DNA of 64,000 nucleotides from Hormoscilla sp. (GCA_051439505.1 JBFRWI010000100.1:1-64000), one strand, 5' to 3'; shown: positions 8,023 to 18,715, counted from the stretch's first letter. Program-made: numbers and translations. The notes: a model not told the origin generated them from the letters alone.

Positions 8023-11000
8023 ATGACCAGATTTTTCGTAACGCCAGATGACGATCGCGTCACGGGCACCCCAGATAGGGACCAGATATCGGGCCTGGAA
8101 GGCAACGATCATCTCAATGGCGCTGGCGGAAATGACGAACTGCGCGGGAACCAGGGTGACGATATCTTGAACGGCGGTCCGGGACGCGATCGCCTGTTCG
8201 GAGGCCCAGGTCGAGATACCTTCATCGTGGGACCGGGAAGTCAAACCTTGAGGAATGCGGATATAATTGCAGATTTCCGTCCAGGTCAGGATTTAATTGG
8301 TTTAAGGAACGGACGGGAATTTGCTGACCTGGAGATCCTAGGTAGCGACAACACGGTCCTGCGCGATCGCGTCACGGGAGAATTTTTGGCCATCATCCGG
8401 GGAGTGAGTCCCTCCGAAATCACCCCAGAGGACTTCACCCGGGACAGGCGGGACGGACGTCCTGCGGAACTGCGGGCAATTTCTTCTATCGAACTCAGCG
8501 GGGCAGAAATTGTCGCCCACGACGACTCTACTCAACGGTTGTTCGCGGTCACGGGGAACGAGTTCCTGGAAATTATCGATATCGCCGACCCCACCAACCC
8601 CATTCCGGTGGATAGCATCAATCTCGAACCCTTTACTGCTAACAGTGTCGCTGCGAAGAATGGCATTGTGGCGGTCGCCGTTGAAAATCCTGTCGCCCAA
8701 GAACCGGGACTGGTAGGATTTTTCGATGGGGAAGGAGAATTTTTCGGTGCCGTCACTGTGGGGGCCCTACCGGATATGGTTACTTTCACCCCCGACGGAG
8801 AAAAAGTTCTGGTGGCCAATGAGGGAGAACCTAACGATGACTATACTATTGACCCGGAAGGTTCTGTCAGTATTATCGATCTGTCTGGTGGGGTTGCTAA
8901 CCTGACTCAGGATAACGTTACTACTGCTTATTTTGCAGCCTTTAACGATCGCCTCCCCGAACTCGTCGCAGAGGGAGTGAGGATCTTCGGTCCGGGGGCC
9001 ACGGTAGCGGAAGATGTGGAACCAGAATATATCACGGTTTCCCAAGATTCTCAAACTGCCTGGATTTCTTTGCAAGAAAATAACGCGATCGCGCGGTTGG
9101 ACATCAACGCTGGAGAGATAACGGAAATCTTCCCCTTGGGTTTCAAAGACCACAGCAAGCAATCAGTTCTGAATACATTCTTCTTCAACCCTGGGTCGTT
9201 ACCCAGTCTGGGAACTACCGATGCCCGAGGCGAGATTAAACTGAGTGGTTTCTCAGGATTATACTATGAAGGGGTTAATCCAGACAATGGTAATTTGCAG
9301 TTTATCACCCATCCCGATCGGGGACCCGATGACGGCACCGATGAAAATGGCGATCGCATATTTATCTTACCCGAGTTCCAACCCGAATTAGTCCGCTTTG
9401 AACTCGATCGGGAGTCGGGGGTATTAGATATTGTCGATCGCATCGGTCTGAAACGTCAAGATGGCACGCCCCTGACGGGTTTACCCAACCTGCCAGAATT
9501 AGATCCTGATACGCCCGTAGATGAAGATGAGAACCTGTTAGAGTTCGACCCCCTGGGAATAGATCCTGAAGGAGTGGTCGTGGCGCCGGACGGAACCTTC
9601 TGGTTAGTAGACGAATACCGTCCCTCCATCTATCACTTCCTCCCCGACGGAACTCTATTTCATCGCTACGTACCGGAAGGACTGGACCCCGCAGTGGGAA
9701 CGCCGGCATTACCCGCCCTGTATAGTACGCGGCAACGCAACCGAGGGTTTGAAGCAGTGGCCTACGAGGAAGGGAAAATCTATGCTTTCATTCAAACCCC
9801 ATTGAATAATCCTACCTCAGGTGAGTCCCAAACCATTCGCATTCTGGAATTCGATACAGAAACGGCCACTACCACCGGAGAATACCTCTACATTCAGGAA
9901 GATATGGGAGGTGGCAGCGATAAAATTGGCGATGCCGTATCCTTGGGGAATGGAGAGTTTTTGGTCATCGAACGTGATTCTGGTTTCGGTCCGGAGTCCC
10001 AGAAAAAAATATTCCACATTAGCATCGATGACGCTACCAATATCCAAGAGTTGACCCCAGACCCCGATGCTACTTTTGAAAGTTTAACACCAGAAGCATT
10101 GGCAGATCAAGGAATTAATCCTGTCAGCAAGTCTGTCTACGCCGACTTGACGGCCTTGGGTTACAGTTTTACCGATAAACCAGAAGGGTTGGCCCTAATT
10201 GATGAAAATACGGTTGCAGTCCTGAATGATAATGACTTTGGGGAAACAGGGGTTCCTATAGGTTTGGGGTTGATCGTCAATCAAAATGGCCACAACGCCC
10301 TAGATCCATCAGATCGGGATGGGGAGATTAACATTCAAAACTGGCCGGTCCTGGGCATGTACCAACCAGACGCGATCGCCTCTTACGAAGTCAACGGCAA
10401 AACCTACATCGTCACGGCCAACGAAGGGGACAGTCGGGACTATGATGGTTTCAGCGAAGAGGAACGAGTCAAGGATCTGACTCTGGATCCCACAGCATTT
10501 CCCAATGCCGCCGAACTGCAAGCAGATGAGGCGATCGGTCGCCTGCAAATTACCACAACCTTGGGCGATCGGGATGGAGATGGAGACTATGATGAAATCT
10601 ATGCCTATGGCGGGCGATCGTTCTCCATCTTCGAGGCCACAGATACGGGTTTGGAACTGGTTTTCGACAGCGGCAATGATTTCGAGAAGATTACCGCCGA
10701 GGTATTCCCCGACTTTTTCAATTCCGACTTCGATGACGAGGAGGAAGTTTTTGAATTCGAGAGTCGCAGCGACAGCAAAGGACCGGAACCAGAAGGAGTC
10801 GTGGTGGGAGAAGTGGGCGATCGCACCTATGCCTTCATCGGCTTAGAAAGGATTGGGGGTATCATGACCTATGATGTCACAGATCCCTTTAATCCCAGTT
10901 TCGTCCAGTATCTGAATAATAATCCCGAGTTTCTGGCCACAGGAGACATTGCCCCGGAAGGACTGACCTTTATCTCCCCAGAAAATAGTCCCACAAACAA

Positions 11001-11073
11001 TCCTCTATTAGTTGTCGGGAACGAAGACAGCGCCACAACTACAATATTTGAGGTAACGCCGACATTCATCTAG
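8023..11073 (+). CDS. Large alkaline-phosphatase-like protein: RTX Ca-binding repeats + choice-of-anchor I beta-propeller with inserted phytase-like esterase domain
   Basis: GGxGxDxL repeats; VGALPDMVTFTPDG, VANEGEP, MYQPD, TANEGD, RSDSKGPEPEG; inner DRGP, DPEG, VDEYRP, RNRGFE, NDNDFG; AGGAGG RBS. Confidence 0.88.
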   Translation: MTRFFVTPDDDRVTGTPDRDQISGLEGNDHLNGAGGNDELRGNQGDDILNGGPGRDRLFGGPGRDTFIVGPGSQTLRNADIIADFRPGQDLIGLRNGREFADLEILGSDNTVLRDRVTGEFLAIIRGVSPSEITPEDFTRDRRDGRPAELRAISSIELSGAEIVAHDDSTQRLFAVTGNEFLEIIDIADPTNPIPVDSINLEPFTANSVAAKNGIVAVAVENPVAQEPGLVGFFDGEGEFFGAVTVGALPDMVTFTPDGEKVLVANEGEPNDDYTIDPEGSVSIIDLSGGVANLTQDNVTTAYFAAFNDRLPELVAEGVRIFGPGATVAEDVEPEYITVSQDSQTAWISLQENNAIARLDINAGEITEIFPLGFKDHSKQSVLNTFFFNPGSLPSLGTTDARGEIKLSGFSGLYYEGVNPDNGNLQFITHPDRGPDDGTDENGDRIFILPEFQPELVRFELDRESGVLDIVDRIGLKRQDGTPLTGLPNLPELDPDTPVDEDENLLEFDPLGIDPEGVVVAPDGTFWLVDEYRPSIYHFLPDGTLFHRYVPEGLDPAVGTPALPALYSTRQRNRGFEAVAYEEGKIYAFIQTPLNNPTSGESQTIRILEFDTETATTTGEYLYIQEDMGGGSDKIGDAVSLGNGEFLVIERDSGFGPESQKKIFHISIDDATNIQELTPDPDATFESLTPEALADQGINPVSKSVYADLTALGYSFTDKPEGLALIDENTVAVLNDNDFGETGVPIGLGLIVNQNGHNALDPSDRDGEINIQNWPVLGMYQPDAIASYEVNGKTYIVTANEGDSRDYDGFSEEERVKDLTLDPTAFPNAAELQADEAIGRLQITTTLGDRDGDGDYDEIYAYGGRSFSIFEATDTGLELVFDSGNDFEKITAEVFPDFFNSDFDDEEEVFEFESRSDSKGPEPEGVVVGEVGDRTYAFIGLERIGGIMTYDVTDPFNPSFVQYLNNNPEFLATGDIAPEGLTFISPENSPTNNPLLVVGNEDSATTTIFEVTPTFI

Positions 11074-11163
11074 TCATTCGTAGGGTGGGCGGTGCCCACC
11101 TTACCGCATCGGGTGTGGTCATGCAGAAGTCACCGCAGATCTCCCCTTCAACCGTATCAAAAT

Positions 11164-11377
11164 TATTTAAAAATGCGCAGGAGAGCCCTACCACAGGGCC
11201 CTCCTTGTGGAGTCTAAGTGAGCGATTTAGAGATTTACCTGACCCGGAGTTACGCAAAAAGCGCCTGTTTCCGTTGCTTGACCCAAGTGAGGCGCTTTTT
11301 GCGCAGTCCGGGCCGGGCATCCCTGGTTTCGCTTGGGCTTGTGTTGATTTTCCAAGCCCCCATGAACCTTCATTTAT
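11164..11377 (-). ncRNA. Candidate structured small RNA (~200 nt), unassigned
   Basis: TTGACA-17-TATATT promoter, three stems with G-U pairs favouring the minus strand, terminal hairpin followed by U-rich run. Confidence 0.55.
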
Positions 11378-11383
11378 AAATAT

Positions 11384-11412
11384 AATATAGCTAACTTTCT
11401 GGAGTTTGTCAA
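11384..11412 (-). promoter_or_regulatory. sigma70-type promoter TTGACA-N17-TATATT
   Basis: Reverse complement of 11384-11412. Confidence 0.7.
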
Positions 11413-11635
11413 GGGGTAAGGGAAAAATTGTTTTTCCCTCTTATGGGATATGTGAATTCCGGTACTACGGGTGCGATCGGGTGCAGGTGCGATCGGATGT
11501 GGGGGTGCGATCGGGTGCGATCGCGAAGATAATGTAGGGGCACGGCATCAACAGATTATGGGAAAGATGAGAATGTTTGTATCGCCGTGCCCCGGCCCCA
11601 TGGGAATGGGCATGGGGATGCGATCGCCAGTCGGT

Positions 11636-11962
11636 GGTGGGTGCGATCGCCCGCCAGTTGCGAGAAACCGGGTTTCTGAGATATCTTCTCATCTTTAGCC
11701 AAGGTTGAAAAAAGAAACAAAAATGATGGTGCCGGGGGTGGGTGCGATCGCCCGCCAGTTGCGAGAAACCGGGTTTCTGAGATATCCTCTAATCTTTAGC
11801 CAAGGTTGAAAAAAGAAACAAAGGTGATGGTGCCGGGGGTGGGTGCGATCGCCCGTTGGTGGTGGGGAGTTGCGAGAAACCGGGTTTCTGAGATATCTTC
11901 TCATCTTTAGCCAAGGTTGAAATAAGAACCCCGGTTTCTGGTCCCGGGGGTGGGTGCGATCG
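11636..11962. repeat. Three tandem ~100-120 bp units containing HIP1 and the AGAAACCGGGTTTCT palindrome
   Basis: Direct repeats; palindrome family recurs at 34897-34962 and 63310-63342. Confidence 0.85.
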
Positions 11963-12009
11963 CAAGCACATATTGACAGACTGTCTGCACTTGTTAACCA
12001 CCCATCAAC

Positions 12010-12158
12010 GGGTGTGGTCAAAAGTAGTTGTAGAGGATCCCCCCAAACCCCCCTTAAAAAGGGGGGCTTCCGGAGGCCCCCCCTTTTGGAAGGGGGGGTT
12101 TGGGGGGGATCCGGCGACTGGGGAGGCGTTTGAACTATCAACGGGTTTTGACCACACC
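12010..12158. mobile_element. MITE with GGTGTGGTCAAAA TIRs and 10-bp direct flank
   Basis: TIRs 12010-12023 / 12146-12158; ACCCATCAAC at 12000-12009 and 12159-12168; solo ends at ~34997 and 59594. Confidence 0.8.
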
Positions 12159-12272
12159 ACCCATCAACCGGGAAATGAATTGCACGTTGTGACCGATGAA
12201 TTTTAATTAATATGGTTTACAGCGTTCCCGGGGGATACAAATTATCAATTAACCATTGCTCAATTTCCCGTA

Positions 12273-13424
12273 TTAACTTCTCTGATAGCGCATACCCGGC
12301 AACTGGGACACCAAACCCAACAACTCCAACTGCAACAAAGCACTAGAAACAGAACTAGCATCCATGGCAGCTTCCTCGACAATTAAATCAAACAATATCG
12401 CCTCTGACGGTACAGCCTCCAACACCTTGGCCAGGTCTGGCGCTAGATCCGGTACAGAAGCTGTTGAGGGCGCAGGCGCAAACAATTCCAACTGTTCGGC
12501 CTTCTGTGCATTTGTCGAGACTGGCGCAGGATCCAGTTGGGGAATAGCACCCAACATTTCCAGCAGATAACCCTCACTAATAATCAATTGGGCCCCCTTA
12601 CTCAGTAGCCCCAAACAGCCCTGAGACTTCCGATCGTCCAGACGCCCAGGTAAAACATAGACATCTCGCCCAAAATCATTGGCCAAGCGGGCGCTAATCA
12701 ATGCACCGGAATTCACAGGTGCTTCCATGATCAACACCGCACGACATAAACCGACAATAATCCGATTGCGTTGGGGAAAGTGAGCCCGATCGGGTTGAGT
12801 ACCCGCCGGATACTCGCTGACCACCAACCCCTGCTGAAGAATTTGTTCGTAAAGCTCTTTATTTCGAGGCGGATAAATCATATCCACCCCCGTACCAAAG
12901 ACCGCGATCGTCCGTCCGCCGGCTTCCAGACAACCCCGATGGGCTTCACTATCAATACCCTGTGCCATACCAGAAACAATAGTAAAACCCTTTTGAGCAA
13001 GAGTACGACTAATGCGGCGAGTCCAGCGTTTACCATAGTCAGTAGGTTCCCGCGTCCCGACGATCGCCACAGATGGTATCATACCTTGATTTTCCTCACG
13101 TCGCACCAGCCCCCGGTAATAAAGTACCGCAGGAGGATTAGGAATTTCCCGCAGCAGGCGAGGATAGTCAGCATCAGCAGGAGTCCAAAAATGCGGATTG
13201 TCTCTTAAATGCGCGGCGGCGAGTTTTTCCGGGTCGATCGCCTTACGGGCCGCCAACACTGCCGCCACCGTCTTAGGGCCAAACCCCTCCACTTGCCCCA
13301 AAGCCGCAGCATCCGCATGCCAAGCCGCTGCCATGGTACCAAAATGCCGTTGCAGACGCAATAGCAGAATCGGTCCAATGCCCTTAATTTGGGACCAGGC
13401 CAACCAAAATGCACCTTCTGCCAT
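12273..13424 (-). CDS. dprA: DNA-processing protein DprA
   Basis: YPRLLREI.NPP, AIVGTR, VSGMAQGID, FPQRNRII, SGALISA, C-terminal winged helix. Confidence 0.96.
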   Translation of the reverse strand: MAEGAFWLAWSQIKGIGPILLLRLQRHFGTMAAAWHADAAALGQVEGFGPKTVAAVLAARKAIDPEKLAAAHLRDNPHFWTPADADYPRLLREIPNPPAVLYYRGLVRREENQGMIPSVAIVGTREPTDYGKRWTRRISRTLAQKGFTIVSGMAQGIDSEAHRGCLEAGGRTIAVFGTGVDMIYPPRNKELYEQILQQGLVVSEYPAGTQPDRAHFPQRNRIIVGLCRAVLIMEAPVNSGALISARLANDFGRDVYVLPGRLDDRKSQGCLGLLSKGAQLIISEGYLLEMLGAIPQLDPAPVSTNAQKAEQLELFAPAPSTASVPDLAPDLAKVLEAVPSEAILFDLIVEEAAMDASSVSSALLQLELLGLVSQLPGMRYQRS

Positions 13425-13674
13425 TTGCTAACTATTCCTGGTATCGTTCATGTCTCCCCTGGTAAGATAGCCACCGAGGGATTGACACTCTCGCATCTGT
13501 AATGGTATACTACCGAATTAATAAACCAACAGAAAAATTTTATCCTTGTCATCCAGGGCGACAAGCCTTTCGCCAAAAATGTAAATAGCTTCTTGTTAAT
13601 GGTTAAATGTAAATTATTAGTTTTGATTTACATTTTCCTTGACAAACAGCTCGTCCACCATGTAACGGAAGTAA

Positions 13675-14406
13675 ATGATGAGCCAAATTAGCGTTGTCTT
13701 GATTGAAGATCACGATCTGACTCGCGTAGGTCTGCGGACTGCATTTCAACAGCGGCGCGAGGTAAAAGTGATTGGCGAAGCAGCTAATGGCAGGGAAGGT
13801 CTGGGGTTGGTGACCGACATGAAGCCAGATATTGCGATAGTCGATATCGGCTTGCCAGACATAGATGGCATAGAGCTGACTCGCCGGCTGAAGAAGGGAA
13901 GTGTGGGCTCGAAGGAGTCCAGACAGAAAGTCTTGATTTTAACCATGCAGGATAATGATGAAACGGTGCTAGCGGCCTTTGCAGCTGGGGCCGACTCGTA
14001 CTGCATGAAGGATGTCAAGCTAGAAAAGTTGATTGAGGCATTAACCGTGACCCAAGAAGGAAACAATTGGGTGGACCCGACAATAGCCAGGATAGTGCTA
14101 CAGCAAGCACGCAAGGGTAAGGCGGGTGGACGATCAACAGCCCGAGGCGCAGTACAGCCAAAAGTGCTTCAGGCGAGAGAGTCACCCGAATATAGTCAAC
14201 AGCTGCAAACATCCCCCCTCACAGAAAGGGAATTAGAAGTGCTAGAACTAATTGTGGCAGGATGCAGTAATGCGGCGATCGCCGAAAAGCTGTATATTAC
14301 TGTAGGGACAGTGAAAACCCACGTCCGGAATATTCTCAATAAGCTCTGTGCTGATGACCGCACCCAAGCAGCGGTGCGGGCTCTGCGCAGTGGCTTGGTA
14401 GGATGA
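13675..14406 (+). CDS. NarL/LuxR family response regulator
   Basis: REC (IEDH, DIGLP) plus LTERELEVL…TVKTHVRNILNKL HTH. Confidence 0.93.
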   Translation: MMSQISVVLIEDHDLTRVGLRTAFQQRREVKVIGEAANGREGLGLVTDMKPDIAIVDIGLPDIDGIELTRRLKKGSVGSKESRQKVLILTMQDNDETVLAAFAAGADSYCMKDVKLEKLIEALTVTQEGNNWVDPTIARIVLQQARKGKAGGRSTARGAVQPKVLQARESPEYSQQLQTSPLTERELEVLELIVAGCSNAAIAEKLYITVGTVKTHVRNILNKLCADDRTQAAVRALRSGLVG

Positions 14407-14805
14407 CCGGCCCTTGACTGTCCGGAGTCACTGGCAAAATCATGTAGACAAACTGGCGAGCGCGTGCCAGGTCAAAAAACTCTACCAAGTAGGGTGCATC
14501 AACGCTCTCCAATCAACTCAGTCCGAACAAATGCTTCAAAAATATATACAAATGATGTCAACTGACACCCACGAGCAAATATGCAAGCATGTGTGTCAAG
14601 GAGCGGAACCTACAGATGGGGTTAATGGTGCCCATCGATATCACCTGGGAAAACGACAAACCCAGGCTGACGCTCAGTTAAGATATAACCCGTAAACTAA
14701 CAGAGGGCGATTGGACGTGTCAATCGCAGACAAGGGACGCGGAGGGTATAAATTGAAATACACTCAAGCCATTGACGTTAAATTAACCATTAAGTGGAGT
14801 ACGGC

Positions 14806-16479
14806 ATGAGTCAGGGATCTGGGCGCAAACTCAAATTGATGGTGGTTGACGACGAGCGCGACAACCTGGATTTGCTGTACCGGACGTTTAGAAGAGAGTA
14901 TCAAGTCTACAGAGCAGACAGTGGCATCAAGGCTTTGGAGGTCCTTGAGAAAGAAGGAGAAATGGCGCTCATCATTTCCGACCAACGGATGCCGGAAATG
15001 AATGGGACCGAATTTTTGGAAAAGACGGTCGAACAGTTTCCCGATACGATCCGGATTCTCCTCACAGGCTACACTGATGTGGAAGACTTGGTAGATGCGA
15101 TTAACGCCGGTAAGGTTTTTAAGTACATAGTCAAACCTTGGACCCCTGCTGACCTGAAGGCAGTGGTGGCACAGGCGACTGAAACCTACAAGATAATCAA
15201 GAAAAGAACGAACGAATTGACAGAAGCGCTGCGGCAGAAGTCCCTCATGAATGAGGTGATGAGTGCGATCAGGGAATCCCTGGACTATAGCAGTATGCTG
15301 CAAACGATCGTGGAGACGATCGGCTCTAACTTCAAGGCTAGTCATGCTCAGCTGCGACCAGTAGAGGAGAAAGGTTTAGCGCCAGAGGCTTTCTCCTATC
15401 AGACGTCGGAGGCACAGGGAGATGCAGACGAAAACAGCACTTCCTTGAGCGACGATCTGGTGCAAGAAGTCCTAGAAACCGGTCAGACCAAACTCAGCTC
15501 GTCCCAGGATAAGAAAAACCCCGCGCAACAACTGATAGTGCCCCTTACCTATCAGAAGGATGTGCTCGCTATTCTCAGTCTGTACCAAGACAGGGATCTA
15601 GATTCCTGGAAAACGGAAGACATCCAGCTGATAGAAAATCTGGTGTCCCAAGCAGCTCTGGCCCTTTCACAAGCGAAAGTATACCAGCGGGCCACGGAGT
15701 TAGCCCAACAGCTACGCTCGGAGCTGGAAGTTGCTCGCAATATCCAGATGGGTCTGTTGCGCCAGAGTTGGCCAGAAATAGAGGGTGTCAAGGTGCAAGC
15801 CTGCTGTTATCCTGCTAGAGAAGTGGGAGGCGATTTCTTTGAGGTCTATGTACAACCCCAAGGTGATGTTTGGGTGGCGGTGGGCGATGTCTCCGGTAAA
15901 GGGGTGCCTGCTGCTCTGTTTATGGCCAGCGCCATTTCGGTCCTACGACGAGAACTTTCTCAAGAAGGATCTCTGGAACCGGATGTGGTGATGGGGAACC
16001 TCAACAGTTCTCTGATCGAAGACCTCGCTAGCAATAACCGCTTCATTACTATGGCTTTGGCCCGTTACAGGCCCTCAACCGGTGAGCTAGCATACACCAG
16101 TGCGGGGCATGTTTACCCGATCGTCTGGTGCCACAAAACTGTGGTGGAACAGCGAGCTTCTGGAGGTAAAGTTCCCCTTGAGCCCAAATCTCTGACGGCT
16201 AGGGGCATCCCAGTGGGAATTCTGCCAGTATGGAAAGGAAAAGCTGGGCAAGCGCAACTGAACTCAGGAGACGTTTTGCTGCTGATCAGCGACGGGATCA
16301 CCGAAGCCAAAGACCCTGAACATCTTGATGATGGCAGGATGCTGAACGAGGATGGTCTGTGGCGGCTGATAACTAAGCAGGATGAACCTCTGAGCCTGAC
16401 GAGTTTATTAGATAGCGTGCGAGCAGACAATCCTGTTCAGGAAGACGACCAAACCCTACTCTCTTTGGAGGTTCTGTAG
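14806..16479 (+). CDS. REC-GAF-SpoIIE (PP2C) phosphatase, RsbU/HmpU-like
   Basis: REC, GAF, EVGGDFF, GDVSGKG, SDGITE, QEDDQT. Confidence 0.92.
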   Translation: MSQGSGRKLKLMVVDDERDNLDLLYRTFRREYQVYRADSGIKALEVLEKEGEMALIISDQRMPEMNGTEFLEKTVEQFPDTIRILLTGYTDVEDLVDAINAGKVFKYIVKPWTPADLKAVVAQATETYKIIKKRTNELTEALRQKSLMNEVMSAIRESLDYSSMLQTIVETIGSNFKASHAQLRPVEEKGLAPEAFSYQTSEAQGDADENSTSLSDDLVQEVLETGQTKLSSSQDKKNPAQQLIVPLTYQKDVLAILSLYQDRDLDSWKTEDIQLIENLVSQAALALSQAKVYQRATELAQQLRSELEVARNIQMGLLRQSWPEIEGVKVQACCYPAREVGGDFFEVYVQPQGDVWVAVGDVSGKGVPAALFMASAISVLRRELSQEGSLEPDVVMGNLNSSLIEDLASNNRFITMALARYRPSTGELAYTSAGHVYPIVWCHKTVVEQRASGGKVPLEPKSLTARGIPVGILPVWKGKAGQAQLNSGDVLLLISDGITEAKDPEHLDDGRMLNEDGLWRLITKQDEPLSLTSLLDSVRADNPVQEDDQTLLSLEVL

Positions 16480-16482
16480 TTA

Positions 16483-16908
16483 ATGAGAACTGAGCTTAAT
16501 GTCCCAAGCGACTTAAGGTTTTTGAATATTGTAGAATCCTGGCTACTGGGTTGTTTGGAAGTTGAGCTAGGAGAATCGGTCGATTGGCCTCGGCAATCGA
16601 ATCGGTTACGCTTGGCTTTAGTAGAAGCATACTCGAATGTGGTGCGTCACGCCCACAAAGAACAACAGGAGTTGCCAGTGCAGATGCGCTTAGAACTAAA
16701 AAGCCGCGATATTGCTTTGGAAGTTTGGGACCACGGTCAAGGATACGACCTGGCTACCTATCTGCCACCGGATCCAACACAGAAACAAGAAGGTGGCTAT
16801 GGCTGGCTGATCATGAATCGTCTGATGGATCGGGTGGAGTACCGGTTACAGATAGATGGTCGCAATTGCCTGAAGTTGGAAGCAAGTTTACCAGAGGTCA
16901 CCAAGTAG
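16483..16908 (+). CDS. Anti-sigma factor / Ser-Thr kinase, RsbW/HmpW-like
   Basis: LVEAYSNVVRHA, DHGQG, EGGYGW..M..LMD. Confidence 0.9.
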   Translation: MRTELNVPSDLRFLNIVESWLLGCLEVELGESVDWPRQSNRLRLALVEAYSNVVRHAHKEQQELPVQMRLELKSRDIALEVWDHGQGYDLATYLPPDPTQKQEGGYGWLIMNRLMDRVEYRLQIDGRNCLKLEASLPEVTK

Positions 16909-16936
16909 TCCAGCAAAATCTATTTTTAACTCAATG

Positions 16937-16971
16937 GAGACGCTATTATTTGGCGTCTCTAATTTTTTTTG
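16937..16971 (+). terminator. Intrinsic terminator
   Basis: GAGACGC/GCGTCTC stem followed by T-run. Confidence 0.6.
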
Positions 16972-17090
16972 TTGGAGAATGGAAAATTGTGAATGGAGAA
17001 TTGCGAATGGAGAATGGAAAATTGACAATTAGCACCATACCCGCACACAGGTTTAAGCAATTAGCAATTAACAGTTAGCAATTAGCACTC

Positions 17091-18083
17091 ATGAATGCCG
17101 ATGTTTCTCTCAGTAGCTATGAGGTAAAGGAAAAAGCGCTCTTATTGGGTTTCCATAAGGTGGGCATAGCGCCTGTAGATGCTAGCATTGTTGATAAATC
17201 AGTTGCAGGTTTACAGACTTGGCTAGAACTGGGCTACCAGGCGGATATGCAATGGATGGCAAACCCGAAGCGTCAAGATATTCGTACCTGTATGCCTTCA
17301 GTTCAGTCTATTATTAGCGTGGCTCTTAATTATTATACTGCCGATGAGCGTCCAGAAGAAAGTCAGTACGGAAAGATTTCTCGCTATGGGTGGGGACGAG
17401 ATTACCATCGGGTGATGGACAAAAAGTTGAAATTGTTGGCTAATTGGCTGCGATCGGCCCGCGGACGGTCCGAAAAATCGCACTCTTGTGAGGTGGAAGT
17501 GCGTTACTATGCTGATACTGGACCGGTTCAGGATAAGGTTTGGGCTCAGGCGGCGGGGATTGGCTGGATTGCTAAGAATGGTAATGTAATTACGCGGGAG
17601 TATGGGTCTTGGGTATTTTTGGGGGAACTGTTGACTAATCTGGTGTTAACCCCAGATAGACCCCATACCGAACATTGTGGCACTTGTACTCGCTGTTTGG
17701 ATGCTTGTCCGACGGGGGCGATCGCCCAGCCTTTTGTAGTAGACGCTAATCGCTGTATTGCCTATCATACGATCGAGAATCGTGCCGACAGTTTACCAAA
17801 GGCGATCGCGTCTCATCTAGAGGGTTGGGTTGCGGGTTGCGACATTTGCCAAGATGTCTGTCCTTGGAATCAGCGGTTTGCCAAAGAAACTGACGTTACC
17901 GAGTTTAACCCCTATCCCGAGAATGTGGCTCCCAAGTTGAGTGAATTGGCAGAAATTTCCGATGAGGAGTGGAACCGGCGCTTTCGGGCTTCGGCCCTGC
18001 GGCGGATTAAACCAGAGATGCTGCGGCGGAATGCTCGTGCTAACATGGAAACAAATCGGGCATCTGGTGGGTTAGAGGGATGA
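17091..18083 (+). CDS. queG: Epoxyqueuosine reductase
   Basis: [40 protein letters not shown]. Confidence 0.95.
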   Translation: MNADVSLSSYEVKEKALLLGFHKVGIAPVDASIVDKSVAGLQTWLELGYQADMQWMANPKRQDIRTCMPSVQSIISVALNYYTADERPEESQYGKISRYGWGRDYHRVMDKKLKLLANWLRSARGRSEKSHSCEVEVRYYADTGPVQDKVWAQAAGIGWIAKNGNVITREYGSWVFLGELLTNLVLTPDRPHTEHCGTCTRCLDACPTGAIAQPFVVDANRCIAYHTIENRADSLPKAIASHLEGWVAGCDICQDVCPWNQRFAKETDVTEFNPYPENVAPKLSELAEISDEEWNRRFRASALRRIKPEMLRRNARANMETNRASGGLEG

Positions 18084-18715
18084 GTGTCAAATTAATTATT
18101 TTTGATTTTGATGGTACTTTGGCTGATACCCTAGATGCGATCGTCTCTATTACTAATCGCTTATCTGCGGAATTTGGCTACCAACCCGCTAGTCCGGAAA
18201 AGGTTATACATCTGAAAAATTTAAGTTCCAGAGAAGTAATTCAGCAGTCTGGTGTTTCCCTGTGGAAGTTACCTTTTTTGCTCAGAAGAGTGCGATCGGA
18301 GTTCAATAATCACATTGACGAATTAAAACCTGTTCCCGGAATTAAAGAAGTATTGCTCGAACTAAAAAACCGGGGTTATTACCTGGGTATTCTCACTTCT
18401 AACGATCGGAAAAATGTGCAGTTGTTTACCAAAAATCATGATTGGGAGCATCTGTTTGATTTTATTCACTCGGCAATGAATCTGTTTGGGAAAGGGCGGG
18501 CGATCGAACATTTGTTAAGGAAGTCAAAATTCGATCGCCAGGAGATAATTTATGTAGGAGATGAAACCCGAGATATAGAAGCAGCCAAAATAACCAACAT
18601 TAGGGCGATCACCGTCAGTTGGGGTTTCAATTCTCCAGAAGTATTAGCCGCCCACAACCCCGATTTTTTGATTCACCAACCCCGAGAATTGATTGCAGCG
18701 ATTGAAAATTGCTAA
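18080..18715 (+). CDS. HAD-family hydrolase (phosphoglycolate phosphatase-like)
   Basis: [22 protein letters not shown]. Confidence 0.9.
   Translation: MSVKLIIFDFDGTLADTLDAIVSITNRLSAEFGYQPASPEKVIHLKNLSSREVIQQSGVSLWKLPFLLRRVRSEFNNHIDELKPVPGIKEVLLELKNRGYYLGILTSNDRKNVQLFTKNHDWEHLFDFIHSAMNLFGKGRAIEHLLRKSKFDRQEIIYVGDETRDIEAAKITNIRAITVSWGFNSPEVLAAHNPDFLIHQPRELIAAIENC

Noticed and set aside
11066..12206. Short ORFs across the intergenic repeat region
   Set aside because: Translations of palindromic repeats (RNPVS, PPLKRG); no protein-like features
14414..14695. 93-aa TTG-start ORF
   Set aside because: No recognisable motif or RBS; likely the regulatory region of the PP2C gene
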